From assembly GCF_002075285.3 (NCBI RefSeq), contig NZ_CP021983.2, forward strand, positions 2,340,001 through 2,372,000: a stretch of 32,000 nt of DNA, in the 5' to 3' direction. This document shows, piece after piece, positions 15,408-24,654 of this stretch. How positions within the stretch are numbered: position 1 is the first letter of the stretch; each line of letters starts with the position of its first letter. The DNA is from Halomicronema hongdechloris C2206 (lineage in GTDB: Bacteria > Cyanobacteriota > Cyanobacteriia > Phormidesmidales > Phormidesmidaceae). The position numbers and the translations under genes were made by a program. The notes beneath the pieces were generated by a model, which made no database searches, had not been told where the DNA came from, and worked only from the letters and a program-made list of their open reading frames with translations.

Positions 15408-15615
15408 TGATCGTTAGGATGCGATTTTGCCGGATAGCTGGCTATGTTTCTAGCTTGATTCGCCATGGAATCCTCATGGCCCAGGCTAGTTAAGGGCACT
15501 AGAAAAACCGGCACTCTTATATGCCGTACAGCTATCGTGCCTATAGGTTAATTATTCGAGGACTAAAGGAAATCACCCTCGTGGGTACTGTTTCGCTGCG
15601 GGGCAGACTCGTGCA

Positions 15616-16342
15616 TTGGAATGGGGCCTATTGGGGGTCACCTGGCTAGGCGTCTTGACCCCGATGGCACCTCCCTTGGCCACGCGATTTCTCGTAATCA
15701 CCAGCCTGGGCGTGCTTGGCTTTGGGATCTTGGGGCTTTACCTACCCACCCAAGCTCGATGGGGACGCATCGGCCATGTGCTGGCCCAGTTTCTGTTGAT
15801 TTTTGTGGCTACAGCCATTGGGCAGGCGGAGTTTCGCCTATTTCCCTTGCTTTATCTGATACTGGTCATCCGCAGCTGTTTTATGTTTGCTCTACTGGGG
15901 CGGGTGATGGTGAGTGCCCTGGCCTTTTTGATGTTTCTGGTGGGATTGCACCTACGCCTACAGGCCCTCAGGGGCCAGGTGCCGCCGCAGTTGGTGGGGC
16001 GGCTGCAGCCCTTTCTATTTGGCATGAACCTGAATGTCAGTATTCTGTTTGCCCTGCTGCTAGGCTTCATGCTGTTGCTGGTCAATGCCCTGTTGGCCGA
16101 GCGCCAGGGCCGGGAGCAACTGCACCAGGTGAATCAAGAACTGCGGCGTTCTGCCCGTCAGGGAGATTCTACGGTGGTTGGCCCAGGGAGCTAGTAATCG
16201 AGAAATAGCAAGTGCCCTCTACATCTCAGAGGGCACTGTCAAAAATCATGTGACCAGTGTGCTAAATCGGCTCAACTTGCGAGACCGCACCCAAGCAGCA
16301 CTGTTCGCCGTGTCGGTGCGATCGCATCTAGAAGACCCCTAA
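15616..16342 (+). pseudogene. Deletion remnant of a NarL-type two-component operon: sensor-kinase membrane N-terminus joined out of frame to the LuxR-type HTH of the response regulator
   Basis: Frame 1 gives a 5-6 TM region ending ..LLAERQGREQLHQVNQELRRSA and stops at 16194. Frame 2 from about 16151 gives [63 protein letters not shown] (a GerE/LuxR HTH). No HisKA_3/HATPase or receiver domain lies between them. Confidence 0.7.
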
Positions 16343-16515
16343 CGATAACGCTTCTTGCGCCGAGCCACCGCCTTCCGTTTCCGTTTTTCCTGGGGAGTCT
16401 CAAAGTGGCGGCGGCGCTTCACTTCAGAGAAAATTCCTGCTTTAGATACCTGACGTTTGAAACGTCGCAAAGCCGATTCGATACCTTCGTTTTCTCCAAC
16501 TACAACCTGGGTCAT
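16339..16515 (-). CDS. rpsU: 30S ribosomal protein S21
   Basis: Own translation (58 aa, below the track cutoff): [58 protein letters not shown], a classic bS21 sequence. Confidence 0.9.
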   Translation of the reverse strand: MTQVVVGENEGIESALRRFKRQVSKAGIFSEVKRRRHFETPQEKRKRKAVARRKKRYR

Positions 16516-16980
16516 AAACGCTTCGAACTTGACAACGACAGCAAAGAAAACAACGACTTAAAGAAGGTTTACTTGTACGGACGCTCAGAGGTATCTAACC
16601 AACCAAAAACACTCTCTCGTTTCCGCACATTCAGACAACAAAATAGTGCAGAGGCATCCCTGCATGCAGTCTACAGGTTAGCACAAAATTTCCACCCCAT
16701 CAGAGAACTTCATCACTAAATCATCGTCAAGTCCAGCCTCAGAGAACTTTCACAGCAACTGTTAGAGACGCGCTGTAGATGTCTCAAGCCCTACCAGCAC
16801 AGTATAGCCACCATTACCGCACAACGCTGCGTGGCCAGCCCATTCCCTAAACTAACGCCACCAACTTTGTTTCCATGCCCCCTAGTCGGCTGCGCCTGCA
16901 TTCAGCAACTAGCCATTGGCGGGGCTGCCAAACGCACCAGAGATCTCCCTATGGGCCCAGCCGGCTGATCAACGACCCTA

Positions 16981-17715
16981 TCAGGGCATCCATTCCAGCA
17001 AGATCCCTACACGGCTATCGTGATCATCGCCAATGGTCTGCCACTGTAGCTCACTACCGACTCGCAGCTGCTGAGTCACGGCGTAGCCCACCGTGATTGT
17101 CGTCAGTCCTGCCGCCTCCCCGCTACCAGGTGCAATCCAACGCTGACTAACGGCGATGTCTGCGGCTCCCGTCCGAGAGAGGGCTAACATCAGTCGTAGT
17201 CCTAGGGTCACCCCGTCAGTGTCTTCGCCAGCAGTCTCCAAGGCACGATAGCCTACCACTGGTGCTAAATTAGCGTAGCTCCCCAATGGCAGTAGGTAGT
17301 AGCGTAGCTCCGCTCCGTATCCCTGGCGCTTACCATGCTGACTATAGTCGGCACCGACCGTAAGTCCAGTATTACCTACAAACAGGTCCTCCACCCCCAC
17401 AACAATTCCTCCCCTATCGTCTAGCCGAGAATAGCCGAGCTGCAGGCGAGTGCGAAAGCTGGGATCATGGCGGATCTCATCGGCAATATCGGGGGTCTGT
17501 TGCAGCCACCGTTGCAGCACCGGACTACTGTCGAGGGTGTCAGGGTCCAAATCTAGTGAGGGTTGCTCGCCACCTACCGAGTCGACAGCGGTCGAGGCGG
17601 ACGAGGCCTGTGCCCTCACCTCGCTACTTGCCAGTACCTCGAGACTGAGCCATGACGCCGCCGACCAAGCTATAGAGAGAAGCAATACTCCCCAGGAACA
17701 TCGAAATCGGATCAT
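16981..17715 (-). CDS. Secreted hypothetical protein, possibly a small beta-barrel outer-membrane protein
   Basis: The track ORF runs to 17748; the internal start MIRFRCSWGVLLLSIAWSAASWL gives a signal peptide. The C-terminal half has alternating beta-strand-like patterns (GAELRYYLLP, TITVGYAV, RVGILLEW). Confidence 0.6.
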   Translation of the reverse strand: MIRFRCSWGVLLLSIAWSAASWLSLEVLASSEVRAQASSASTAVDSVGGEQPSLDLDPDTLDSSPVLQRWLQQTPDIADEIRHDPSFRTRLQLGYSRLDDRGGIVVGVEDLFVGNTGLTVGADYSQHGKRQGYGAELRYYLLPLGSYANLAPVVGYRALETAGEDTDGVTLGLRLMLALSRTGAADIAVSQRWIAPGSGEAAGLTTITVGYAVTQQLRVGSELQWQTIGDDHDSRVGILLEWMP

Positions 17716-17874
17716 GGCCGTCAGTCGCCCAGCCCGCTGATACAACAACCGTCCTAGAGTTGGGTGGGGTTGCGGGCCAGTTAGCCTCCTTAGCTATGGG
17801 TACTTGAAAACTGCAAACAGGCCCTAGGCTGGCTGGCGAACCCCATAAAACGGAGCTGCCCCTTGCCTGCCACC

Positions 17875-17907
17875 GCTAAAGAAAAGCGGCTCTGGAACCA
17901 GAGCCGC
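17875..17907 (-). terminator. Rho-independent terminator of acsF
   Basis: On the minus strand, GCGGCTCTGG-TT-CCAGAGCCGC (10-bp perfect stem, 17886-17907) is followed by TTTTCTTT. It starts about 18 nt after the acsF stop. Confidence 0.8.
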
Positions 17908-17924
17908 TCATCATCGGGGGAAAA

Positions 17925-18995
17925 CTAGTGAATTGTGCTGCGCTCAGCAGGCAGTGGCTTCATTAGGTAGAGCTGAACTATTTGCCAGCCAATACCGATA
18001 ATATGGGGCAGTTTCCGCAGGAATTTTAGAGGTCCCGCAGCCTCCGACTCAGCTACTGCAGCTAGCTTACTATTCGCTTCAGCAGCAATATCCAATCGCC
18101 GGAAGAAGTCAGGATGATCCACATTCAGTAGCACCGGAAACACTCGAGCCGCCGTCTCGTTTGTCTTCCGAATCACATGGATATCGTATTGCCGGGCATC
18201 GAGACCGATAGCGGCATAGAAATCCTGCCGTTGCAGGTCATTGAGATACATGGTGGCGAAGACCGACAGCAGGAAGAATCGACACCACAGCTTAGCCCGC
18301 CAGTCATTGATAATTTGCGGTTGAGCCTTCATCACCGCCGAGAAGAAGTCACCATGGCGGTTTTCATCCTGACACCAGTTCTCGAAGAAGCGGAAGATCG
18401 GATAGATGCGGTTCTCAGGATGGGACTCTAGGTGTCGATAGATAGTGATGTACCGCCAGTAGCCAATTTTCTCTGACAGATAGGTGGCGTAGAAAATAAA
18501 CTTGGGCTTAAAGAAGGTATACTTCTTGCTCTTCGTCAGGAAACCCAAATCTAGCTGTAGATTAAAATCCGACATCGCCTTATTGAGGAACCCGGCGTGA
18601 CGGGCCTCATCTCGGGACATCAAATTGAAGCACTCTGCCAAGACAGGACTTCTACCCTTCAGACGACGCCCCAGTTCCTTATACAGGAGAAAACCAGAAA
18701 ATTCGGCTGTGCAGGAGCGCTCTAGAAATTCGACAAATAACCGCCGGGTATTGCCATCAATGTGATCCCAGGACTGGGTAAATTCCTCATCCCGGACAAA
18801 ATGATGGCGATTATAATCAGCCCGGAACTCTTCCAGGATGGCCTTAAGTTCGTCTTCATTAACTGAGATATCCATCTCAGCCATTTCGTCAAAATCAGTG
18901 GTGTAAAACCGCGGCGTCAGAATGGTTTCTTTTGCCGGCACCTTAACACCAGGCCGCATTTCGGCAGCGTCAGGCTTCTTTAGGGAATCTACCAT
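17925..18995 (-). CDS. acsF: Mg-protoporphyrin IX monomethyl ester (oxidative) cyclase
   Basis: 356-aa ORF with ..[17 protein letters not shown].., ..[12 protein letters not shown].. and ..[11 protein letters not shown].., the di-iron carboxylate motifs of AcsF/CHL27. Confidence 0.92.
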   Translation of the reverse strand: MVDSLKKPDAAEMRPGVKVPAKETILTPRFYTTDFDEMAEMDISVNEDELKAILEEFRADYNRHHFVRDEEFTQSWDHIDGNTRRLFVEFLERSCTAEFSGFLLYKELGRRLKGRSPVLAECFNLMSRDEARHAGFLNKAMSDFNLQLDLGFLTKSKKYTFFKPKFIFYATYLSEKIGYWRYITIYRHLESHPENRIYPIFRFFENWCQDENRHGDFFSAVMKAQPQIINDWRAKLWCRFFLLSVFATMYLNDLQRQDFYAAIGLDARQYDIHVIRKTNETAARVFPVLLNVDHPDFFRRLDIAAEANSKLAAVAESEAAGPLKFLRKLPHIIGIGWQIVQLYLMKPLPAERSTIH

Positions 18996-19204
18996 GGGTC
19001 CGTTACTACCTGCGTTGAAAAATTGCTATGAAGACAGTAGGCGGTGAATATCACCTGACTGACTAGTCATGCAAGAGGCTGAAAGCCAGGGAAATAAAGC
19101 ATTTCCATGCTCTAACTATGAGTTTCAGTGTACCAACGTTACCGCCTATGTGAACCGTCATTTAACTTTTGCAACATTGTGTCGCTGCCACCTGAGAACG
19201 ATGG

Positions 19205-20908
19205 CTAACGCTGCCGCCGCTGCTGACGTTCTGCCTGTTCTGCCTCATATTCCTCCAGGCGAGTGGCTACCCGTTGCTGGATGGGGCGGTGAGTCAGCAC
19301 TCCCTCGAAGGCATAGCGGTCATAGCCGCCCTGCTGCACCAGCTGCTGCAGATACTGCACCCGCTCATCGGTAGCTGGATGGGAGGCAAACCAGCGGATG
19401 CCAGCACCGCCGCCATTTTCCTGGCGTAGGGTCACCATTAGGTTATAAAGACCATCGGCGGCATAGTCACTAGTGGCCAGAATTTGGGTGCCCAGGATAT
19501 CGGCTTGGCGTTCCATATCGCGAGAATAGTCAGCCACCACTAGATTGGCTGCAATGTTAGCCAATTGAGCACTGGGAATGAAGGCCGCCAAACTGGTGGT
19601 CAAGTTGCCTCGCGTCACCATCTGAAAGCCATGGGAGAGTACTGCGTGGGAAATCTCATGGGCCAACAGGCCAGCCAACTCTGCCTCTGAATTGGTTTTT
19701 AGAATGGCACCAGCGTTGATGAAGATCTTGCCCCCCGGTAGGGCAAAAGCGTTGAGGCTATCGTCTAGCACCACATAGAAGTCGTAGTCAAAATCATCCC
19801 GGCCGGTGCGACGAGCCAGAGTTTGGCCGATGCGGTCCACATACTGAAGCACCTGCGGGTCTTCCATCAGGGGCAATTGCTGCTTGGCTTGTTCAGCCAC
19901 CTGGGCCCCAACACTCTCTTCTCCTTGCAGCATCAAGATGGACGAGTTAACAGCCGTGAATGGCCCCAGTAGACCGCCCGTGAGAAAGTAGCCAGCCGCC
20001 CCCGTAATAATATTAGTAAAGAGATTCTCGCGCAGCTGGGCATTCATGGCCCGTTTGAAGCGCTCTAGATTCTCCTCTGCCAGAGTTTCCATGGCGCCCC
20101 TGTCAGGGTGATCAGGGTTAAGCAGGGCAAATTGCCGAGCCGTAATCGAGGCTGCCAGCCATTGCTCTTGAGCCATCAATAGATCGATCTTGGCCTGGAG
20201 CAAGTCGGGTTGATTGGGGTAGCGCTGTAAAACGCCTTCCAGCAGGTTTAGGGCTTCGTCTACCTGGCCTTGCTGGAGTAAATACTCTGCCTGCAGGCCA
20301 TAGGCTGGGATGAACTCGGGATAGTTCTCGAGCAGCAACTCCAGGGGAATCCGTAGGCGGGTATCTAAGCCCAGTTCTGCCCCGGCCTGGGCCTCACGCC
20401 AATATACAGCCCCCGCTGGAGGGAGATCTGCCGCATCCAGAATCGCTGCTGGAGCTGACTGCGTTGCCTGCGGATGCCATAGGGGATCTTTGACTTGCCG
20501 ATAGAGGGTAGTAGCAGCCTCGATGTCTCCCGCTTGATAGAGACGGTCGGCCTGGATCAGTAGCTTCTCCTCTGGATTAGGTAGCGTCTCCAGGTCATTT
20601 GGCTCAGCAGCAGCATCGGTATCACTGTCCGGGGCGGTTGTATCTGGGGCAGAGGCTGGCTCCTCCTCTTCCTCTGGCAGGGGAACGCCGTCTGGTTCCG
20701 GATAGGGTAAGGGAATGGTGGTCTCAGGCGACGTAGATTCCTCTGTACCCTCCTCTGGGGTGGAGGCAACTGTAGCCGTAGGGGGAACTGACTCCCCAGA
20801 GTTATCTGTTTCACTAGCCCATCCAGAGGGCAGAGGATGAATTCCGCCCAGCATTAGGGCTAAGAGAAGCCCCACCAAGCTTAGGGCCAGTTGCCGCTGA
20901 CATACCAT
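19205..20908 (-). CDS. M48-family zinc metallopeptidase with TPR-like region and acidic/Pro-rich N-terminal linker
   Basis: 567-aa ORF. It has a signal peptide (LSLVGLLLALMLGG), a TPR-like helical region and the HEISHAVLSH (HExxH) motif, followed by ..SRDMERQADILG.. as in M48 peptidases. Confidence 0.85.
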   Translation of the reverse strand: MVCQRQLALSLVGLLLALMLGGIHPLPSGWASETDNSGESVPPTATVASTPEEGTEESTSPETTIPLPYPEPDGVPLPEEEEEPASAPDTTAPDSDTDAAAEPNDLETLPNPEEKLLIQADRLYQAGDIEAATTLYRQVKDPLWHPQATQSAPAAILDAADLPPAGAVYWREAQAGAELGLDTRLRIPLELLLENYPEFIPAYGLQAEYLLQQGQVDEALNLLEGVLQRYPNQPDLLQAKIDLLMAQEQWLAASITARQFALLNPDHPDRGAMETLAEENLERFKRAMNAQLRENLFTNIITGAAGYFLTGGLLGPFTAVNSSILMLQGEESVGAQVAEQAKQQLPLMEDPQVLQYVDRIGQTLARRTGRDDFDYDFYVVLDDSLNAFALPGGKIFINAGAILKTNSEAELAGLLAHEISHAVLSHGFQMVTRGNLTTSLAAFIPSAQLANIAANLVVADYSRDMERQADILGTQILATSDYAADGLYNLMVTLRQENGGGAGIRWFASHPATDERVQYLQQLVQQGGYDRYAFEGVLTHRPIQQRVATRLEEYEAEQAERQQRRQR

Positions 20909-21066
20909 GGCTACCTCCGATGTTGATGGGCTGCATCGATAGTTCCCTTTACCCTTATAGCGTCGAAAATTTGCTAAGCCCAGTGTCAGGATGACGAAGA
21001 TGAACCTTCCTAGGGGATTTGAATCGATCTTATACTTTTTGTAAAGTTATGCGACTGAGAGGAGAC

Positions 21067-21525
21067 ATGCTGGAGTCCATTAAACCCTGGTTAAATTTTA
21101 TTCATCCACTGATCATGTGGAGCCTACTCGCCCTGGCCCTCTATGCCCTCTATCTGGGCATACAGTGGCGGCGAACGCGGTTAGCAGAAGGGGATGTGAA
21201 GAAGGAGTTGGTTAAAGGCAAGTTCAACATCCGCCATCACCAGATCGGGTCTGCCCTGCTGGCGTTTATGGTCATTGGCACCGTCGGTGGCATGGCCGTA
21301 ACCTATATCAACAACGGCAAGTTGTTCGTTGGCCCTCACTTGCTGGTGGGGCTGACTATGACGGCGTTGATTGCGAGTTCTGCCGCCTTGGTGCCCTTTA
21401 TGCAGAAAGGAAATGAAACAGCCCGCTTGACTCACATTTCGTTAAATGTGGTGCTGGTGGGTCTGTTTAGCTGGCAGGCCGTCACTGGGATGCAAATTCT
21501 GTTTCGCATCTTAGAAGACTTCTAA
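21067..21525 (+). CDS. DUF4079-like four-helix membrane protein
   Basis: GAGGAG lies 5 nt upstream of the ATG at 21067 (the track start at 21019 is less likely). MLESIKPWLNFIHPLIMWSLLALALYALYLGIQWRR... has four hydrophobic helices. Confidence 0.7.
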   Translation: MLESIKPWLNFIHPLIMWSLLALALYALYLGIQWRRTRLAEGDVKKELVKGKFNIRHHQIGSALLAFMVIGTVGGMAVTYINNGKLFVGPHLLVGLTMTALIASSAALVPFMQKGNETARLTHISLNVVLVGLFSWQAVTGMQILFRILEDF

Positions 21526-21697
21526 GGCACCGTTTTCCGTGACGTAGTTAAGAGGATATTTGGAAAGTACCCTGCAAACTTGCTCCAGACTGGATTCTGG
21601 CCAACAGAGCCATACGCTCTAAAACGCTTACCCGGCAGGGCTTTCAGCCGAGTTTTCAAATGTCCTCTAAGGTCGGGGCAGCTGAGTCTGCCTCGAC

Positions 21698-22387
21698 CTA
21701 GCGATGCCAGAACCGATGACGCTGATGACTGCTGGGCAGAGGCAGAGCTAAGCGGCGATGGAAATCCTCTTGAACTTTGCGGGTCAGTCGCCGGGAAGCC
21801 TGGCGCACCACCTCCGTCAGTAGGCGATCGCCAGAGGTTTTTACCAGAGTATGGGGTAGGGCCTGAATAAAGCGGGGGAATTGAATGGCTACCGTTAATC
21901 CTAGTTGCCAGCTTACCTGGGTGATCAGGTCTCCCTTAACCGTGGCCTCTTCTTTGAGAACCATCTCAGCCCGAAAGTCTACAGTGTAGTGCTTGGCCTC
22001 CTCCCCTGAGATCGGAATAGTCTCAATGCGATAAATGCCAGCCTGTTGCGGCAGTAAGTGTAGACCGATGCGAGGTTCAATCTCATAGCCTAGGGCACTA
22101 AAATTCCCCACGGTTAGGGCGTAACCATTGTCAACTAAGGGCTCGGCTCGCATCGGATGAGCACAGTGGAGAAACCAAGTGGGATGGTCATCCAAGTAGC
22201 TGGCAACGGTAGATACATCGGCGATCATCTCCATTTCACCGATGTAGGCCCCTGTAAACGTAGCGGGCGCTTTGTCGTTGGAAGCCTCAGCGATGTCTGC
22301 CGGATCAACCACTGGCTTAGTGAGTGGAGATAGGGCCGTTGTCATGGGGGCGGGATTGGAGGGAAGGGAATTGCCGGATGCCTGCAT
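21698..22387 (-). CDS. DUF1997-like protein
   Basis: 229-aa ORF. The segment ..YLDDHPTWFLHCAHPMRAEPLVDNGYALTVGNFSALGYEIEPRIGL.. matches my recollection of the cyanobacterial/plastid DUF1997 family. The start may be internal. Confidence 0.65.
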   Translation of the reverse strand: MQASGNSLPSNPAPMTTALSPLTKPVVDPADIAEASNDKAPATFTGAYIGEMEMIADVSTVASYLDDHPTWFLHCAHPMRAEPLVDNGYALTVGNFSALGYEIEPRIGLHLLPQQAGIYRIETIPISGEEAKHYTVDFRAEMVLKEEATVKGDLITQVSWQLGLTVAIQFPRFIQALPHTLVKTSGDRLLTEVVRQASRRLTRKVQEDFHRRLALPLPSSHQRHRFWHR

Positions 22388-22838
22388 AGGGAAATGTCAT
22401 CTGTGGTAGAAAAACCATAGCAAAGGCGAACTTGACACTAGGATTTAGTCAGTCTGACCTGTCTTGAACAGCTGCGACCCTGCGTCGCTTGGATGACCAT
22501 GACTGATGTCACCATTGGACGGCGGGCCCCATAGAGCCAGGCATTGGGGAAGAACACAGCGTCAATGCCTTGGCCCGTGCCTTTGTCCCAAATCAGATTC
22601 ACCATAGCGTTGCCTGCCTGCAAGTTGCCATCGGTAATCCACGGAAATCGTTGCAACGTGATAGTTGATACGTTCACTCTGGTCACGGCTGTTCGTTACA
22701 TTACTTTAGACTATGTAATGGTGTTCCCAAGCAAGTGTATTCAAAATTACGATTTGTCAGAGCTGGGGCCTGTTCTGTCCCGGTTCTGTCGATACTATCG
22801 ATGTTGATGAAGTCGCTATCGAGGGGTAGAGAGGTCCT

Positions 22839-23501
22839 ATGAAAGCCTTTGTTGCCGGTGCTACGGGGGAAACAGGGCGACGGATTGTGCGGCTCTTGGT
22901 CAGTCGCGGTATCTCAGTCAAAGCCTTTGTCCGGGATGTGGATGTCGCCCGCGCCATTCTTCCCATCGAAGCAGAACTAGTCCGGGGAGATGTCTTGGAT
23001 CGGGATACGATTTCGTTGGCGCTAGCAGACTGTACCTTACTCTTTTGTGCCACGGGAGCCCGTCCTAGCTTTGACCCGACGGGGCCCTACAAGGTTGACT
23101 ATGAAGGCACTAAGCAATTGATTGATGCGGCCAAGGAGCACGGCATAGAGCACTTCGTCATGGTGTCGTCCCTGTGTGTATCTCGCTTTTTCCATCCCCT
23201 CAATCTCTTCTGGCTGGTGCTGTGGTGGAAGCAGCAAGCAGAAAGGCATTTGCTTCAGAGTGGCTTGACTTATACCATCGTGCGGCCTGGGGGCCTGCGC
23301 AATGAGGAGGATGATCGGAGCTTGGTGATGGCGGCAGCGGATACCCTGTTCGAGGGCAGTGTGCCTCGCCAAAAGGTGGCTGAGACCTGTGTCGAGGCAG
23401 TGTTTCAGCCGGATGCCCGTAATCGTATCGTTGAAATTGTGGCGCGGGAGGATGCCCCGCAGCAGTCCTATCAGGAGCTCTTTGCCAGTGTTAAGGCTTA
23501 G
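22839..23501 (+). CDS. NAD(P)-binding atypical SDR (NmrA/Tic62-like)
   Basis: [17 protein letters not shown] is a Rossmann GxxGxxG motif. The 220-aa length and ..YKVDYEGT.. / ..TIVRPGGL.. are typical of this family. Confidence 0.85.
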   Translation: MKAFVAGATGETGRRIVRLLVSRGISVKAFVRDVDVARAILPIEAELVRGDVLDRDTISLALADCTLLFCATGARPSFDPTGPYKVDYEGTKQLIDAAKEHGIEHFVMVSSLCVSRFFHPLNLFWLVLWWKQQAERHLLQSGLTYTIVRPGGLRNEEDDRSLVMAAADTLFEGSVPRQKVAETCVEAVFQPDARNRIVEIVAREDAPQQSYQELFASVKA

Positions 23502-24523
23502 AAGAACCAGCCGTAGCTATGTAGGCCCTTGCCGAGGATATTGACTCCCAGGTAGCAGATCCAGACGATGGCAAAGCCAGACGCGGCTAGAATGGCGGGG
23601 CGACGTCCTTGCCATCCCTTGGTGATGCGAGCGTGCAAGTAGGCGGCGAACACGAGCCAGGTGATTAAGGCCCACGTTTCTTTGGGGTCCCAGCTCCAGT
23701 AGGAGCCCCAAGCTTCGTTGGCCCAGACAGCTCCGGCGATGATGCCGATGGTGAGCAGGGGAAAGCCTAGGCCAATCATGCGATAGCTAATGTTGTCTAG
23801 GGTGTCGGCTAGGGTTAGCCGCTGTGGGGTAAGTGCAGGTGTAGCCGGAGAGGTCTCGGGCTTGCTCAGTAGGGCGGTGTTGCCACTGACAGCCATGGTG
23901 GTGGGGTCTGATTGAGCCGTTGAGGAGGCCGCTTGGGAGACATAGGTCAAGCGTTGTTGGGCATCGCGAAAGCTGCCGGTGCCGATAGAGCTGCCGCGCA
24001 GTTCTACGGCTTGGCCACGGGTAACGATCAAAAATGCGATCGCAAGTAGGGCCCCCACCATCAGCGTGGCATAGCTGAGCAGCATGACACTGACATGCAT
24101 CATCAGCCAATTGGACTTCAGAGCCGGTACCAGGGGCTCTGCCACCTGCATACGATCAGGCAAGGACAAAGCAGCAAACCCAGTAACAGCCATACTCACC
24201 GGGGCCGTGACCGCTCCCACCAGGCGACTGCGGCTCATGCGTTCTGCTATCAAGTGCACCGCGGTAATCCCCCAAGCTAGGAAGAACAGCGATTCGTAGA
24301 GATTACTCAAGGGGAAATAGCCCGCCTCAATCCAGCGAGCCGCCAATAGGGCGGCAATGGATAGATTGGCAATAGCCATTCCCGTGGTGCCTAGGGACGG
24401 CAGCCAACCAACGGCAGGAAAGGCTACCCCAGCCCAATACAGCAGCATCGTCAGCAAAAGCACGCCGAAAGAGACATTATCTAACCAGCCCTGAAGTGTT
24501 ACCAAATCCATCGCCAAATCCAT
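23498..24523 (-). CDS. ccsA: Cytochrome c biogenesis protein CcsA (system II)
   Basis: Polytopic membrane ORF with the tryptophan-rich WWD motif [23 protein letters not shown]. Confidence 0.9.
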   Translation of the reverse strand: MDLAMDLVTLQGWLDNVSFGVLLLTMLLYWAGVAFPAVGWLPSLGTTGMAIANLSIAALLAARWIEAGYFPLSNLYESLFFLAWGITAVHLIAERMSRSRLVGAVTAPVSMAVTGFAALSLPDRMQVAEPLVPALKSNWLMMHVSVMLLSYATLMVGALLAIAFLIVTRGQAVELRGSSIGTGSFRDAQQRLTYVSQAASSTAQSDPTTMAVSGNTALLSKPETSPATPALTPQRLTLADTLDNISYRMIGLGFPLLTIGIIAGAVWANEAWGSYWSWDPKETWALITWLVFAAYLHARITKGWQGRRPAILAASGFAIVWICYLGVNILGKGLHSYGWFF

Positions 24524-24654
24524 AGGTGATTAACCTGTATGCTGCGAAGCCCCGCTTAGCGCCAGCTGTCCAGAGGGCTGAAAATACCCTCATTGGCCCT
24601 CATTAGATTAGAGACGAACCTAATGGGTCTAAACGGCAGCAGGGTATTCCTATC

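Larger units (their letters stand above)
7355..15420 (+). mobile_element. Degenerate chromosomal integron: intI remnant, attI-like site and about 7 cassette-like units (right boundary uncertain)
   Basis: The recombinase remnant is divergent from an array of ORFs separated by attC-like sites. Composition jumps sharply between units (the 976-aa gene has 17/60 GC on a sample line). No HIP1 octamer occurs within 6.6-15.6 kb, against 8 copies elsewhere. Confidence 0.6.

Noticed and set aside
15413-15419. GTTAGGA core-like heptamer as the definitive last attC of the array
   Set aside because: No matching inverse core or paired arms were found within the preceding approximately 150 nt, which encode the signal peptide of the 976-aa protein. 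The right boundary of the integron therefore stays uncertain.
22438-22686. 82-aa minus-strand ORF (..FPWITDGNLQAGNAMVNLIWDKGTGQGIDAVFFPNAWLYG..)
   Set aside because: The first approximately 55 aa look protein-like but I cannot place them. The C-terminus is low-complexity and might reflect another frame error. Support is too weak to list it as a gene.
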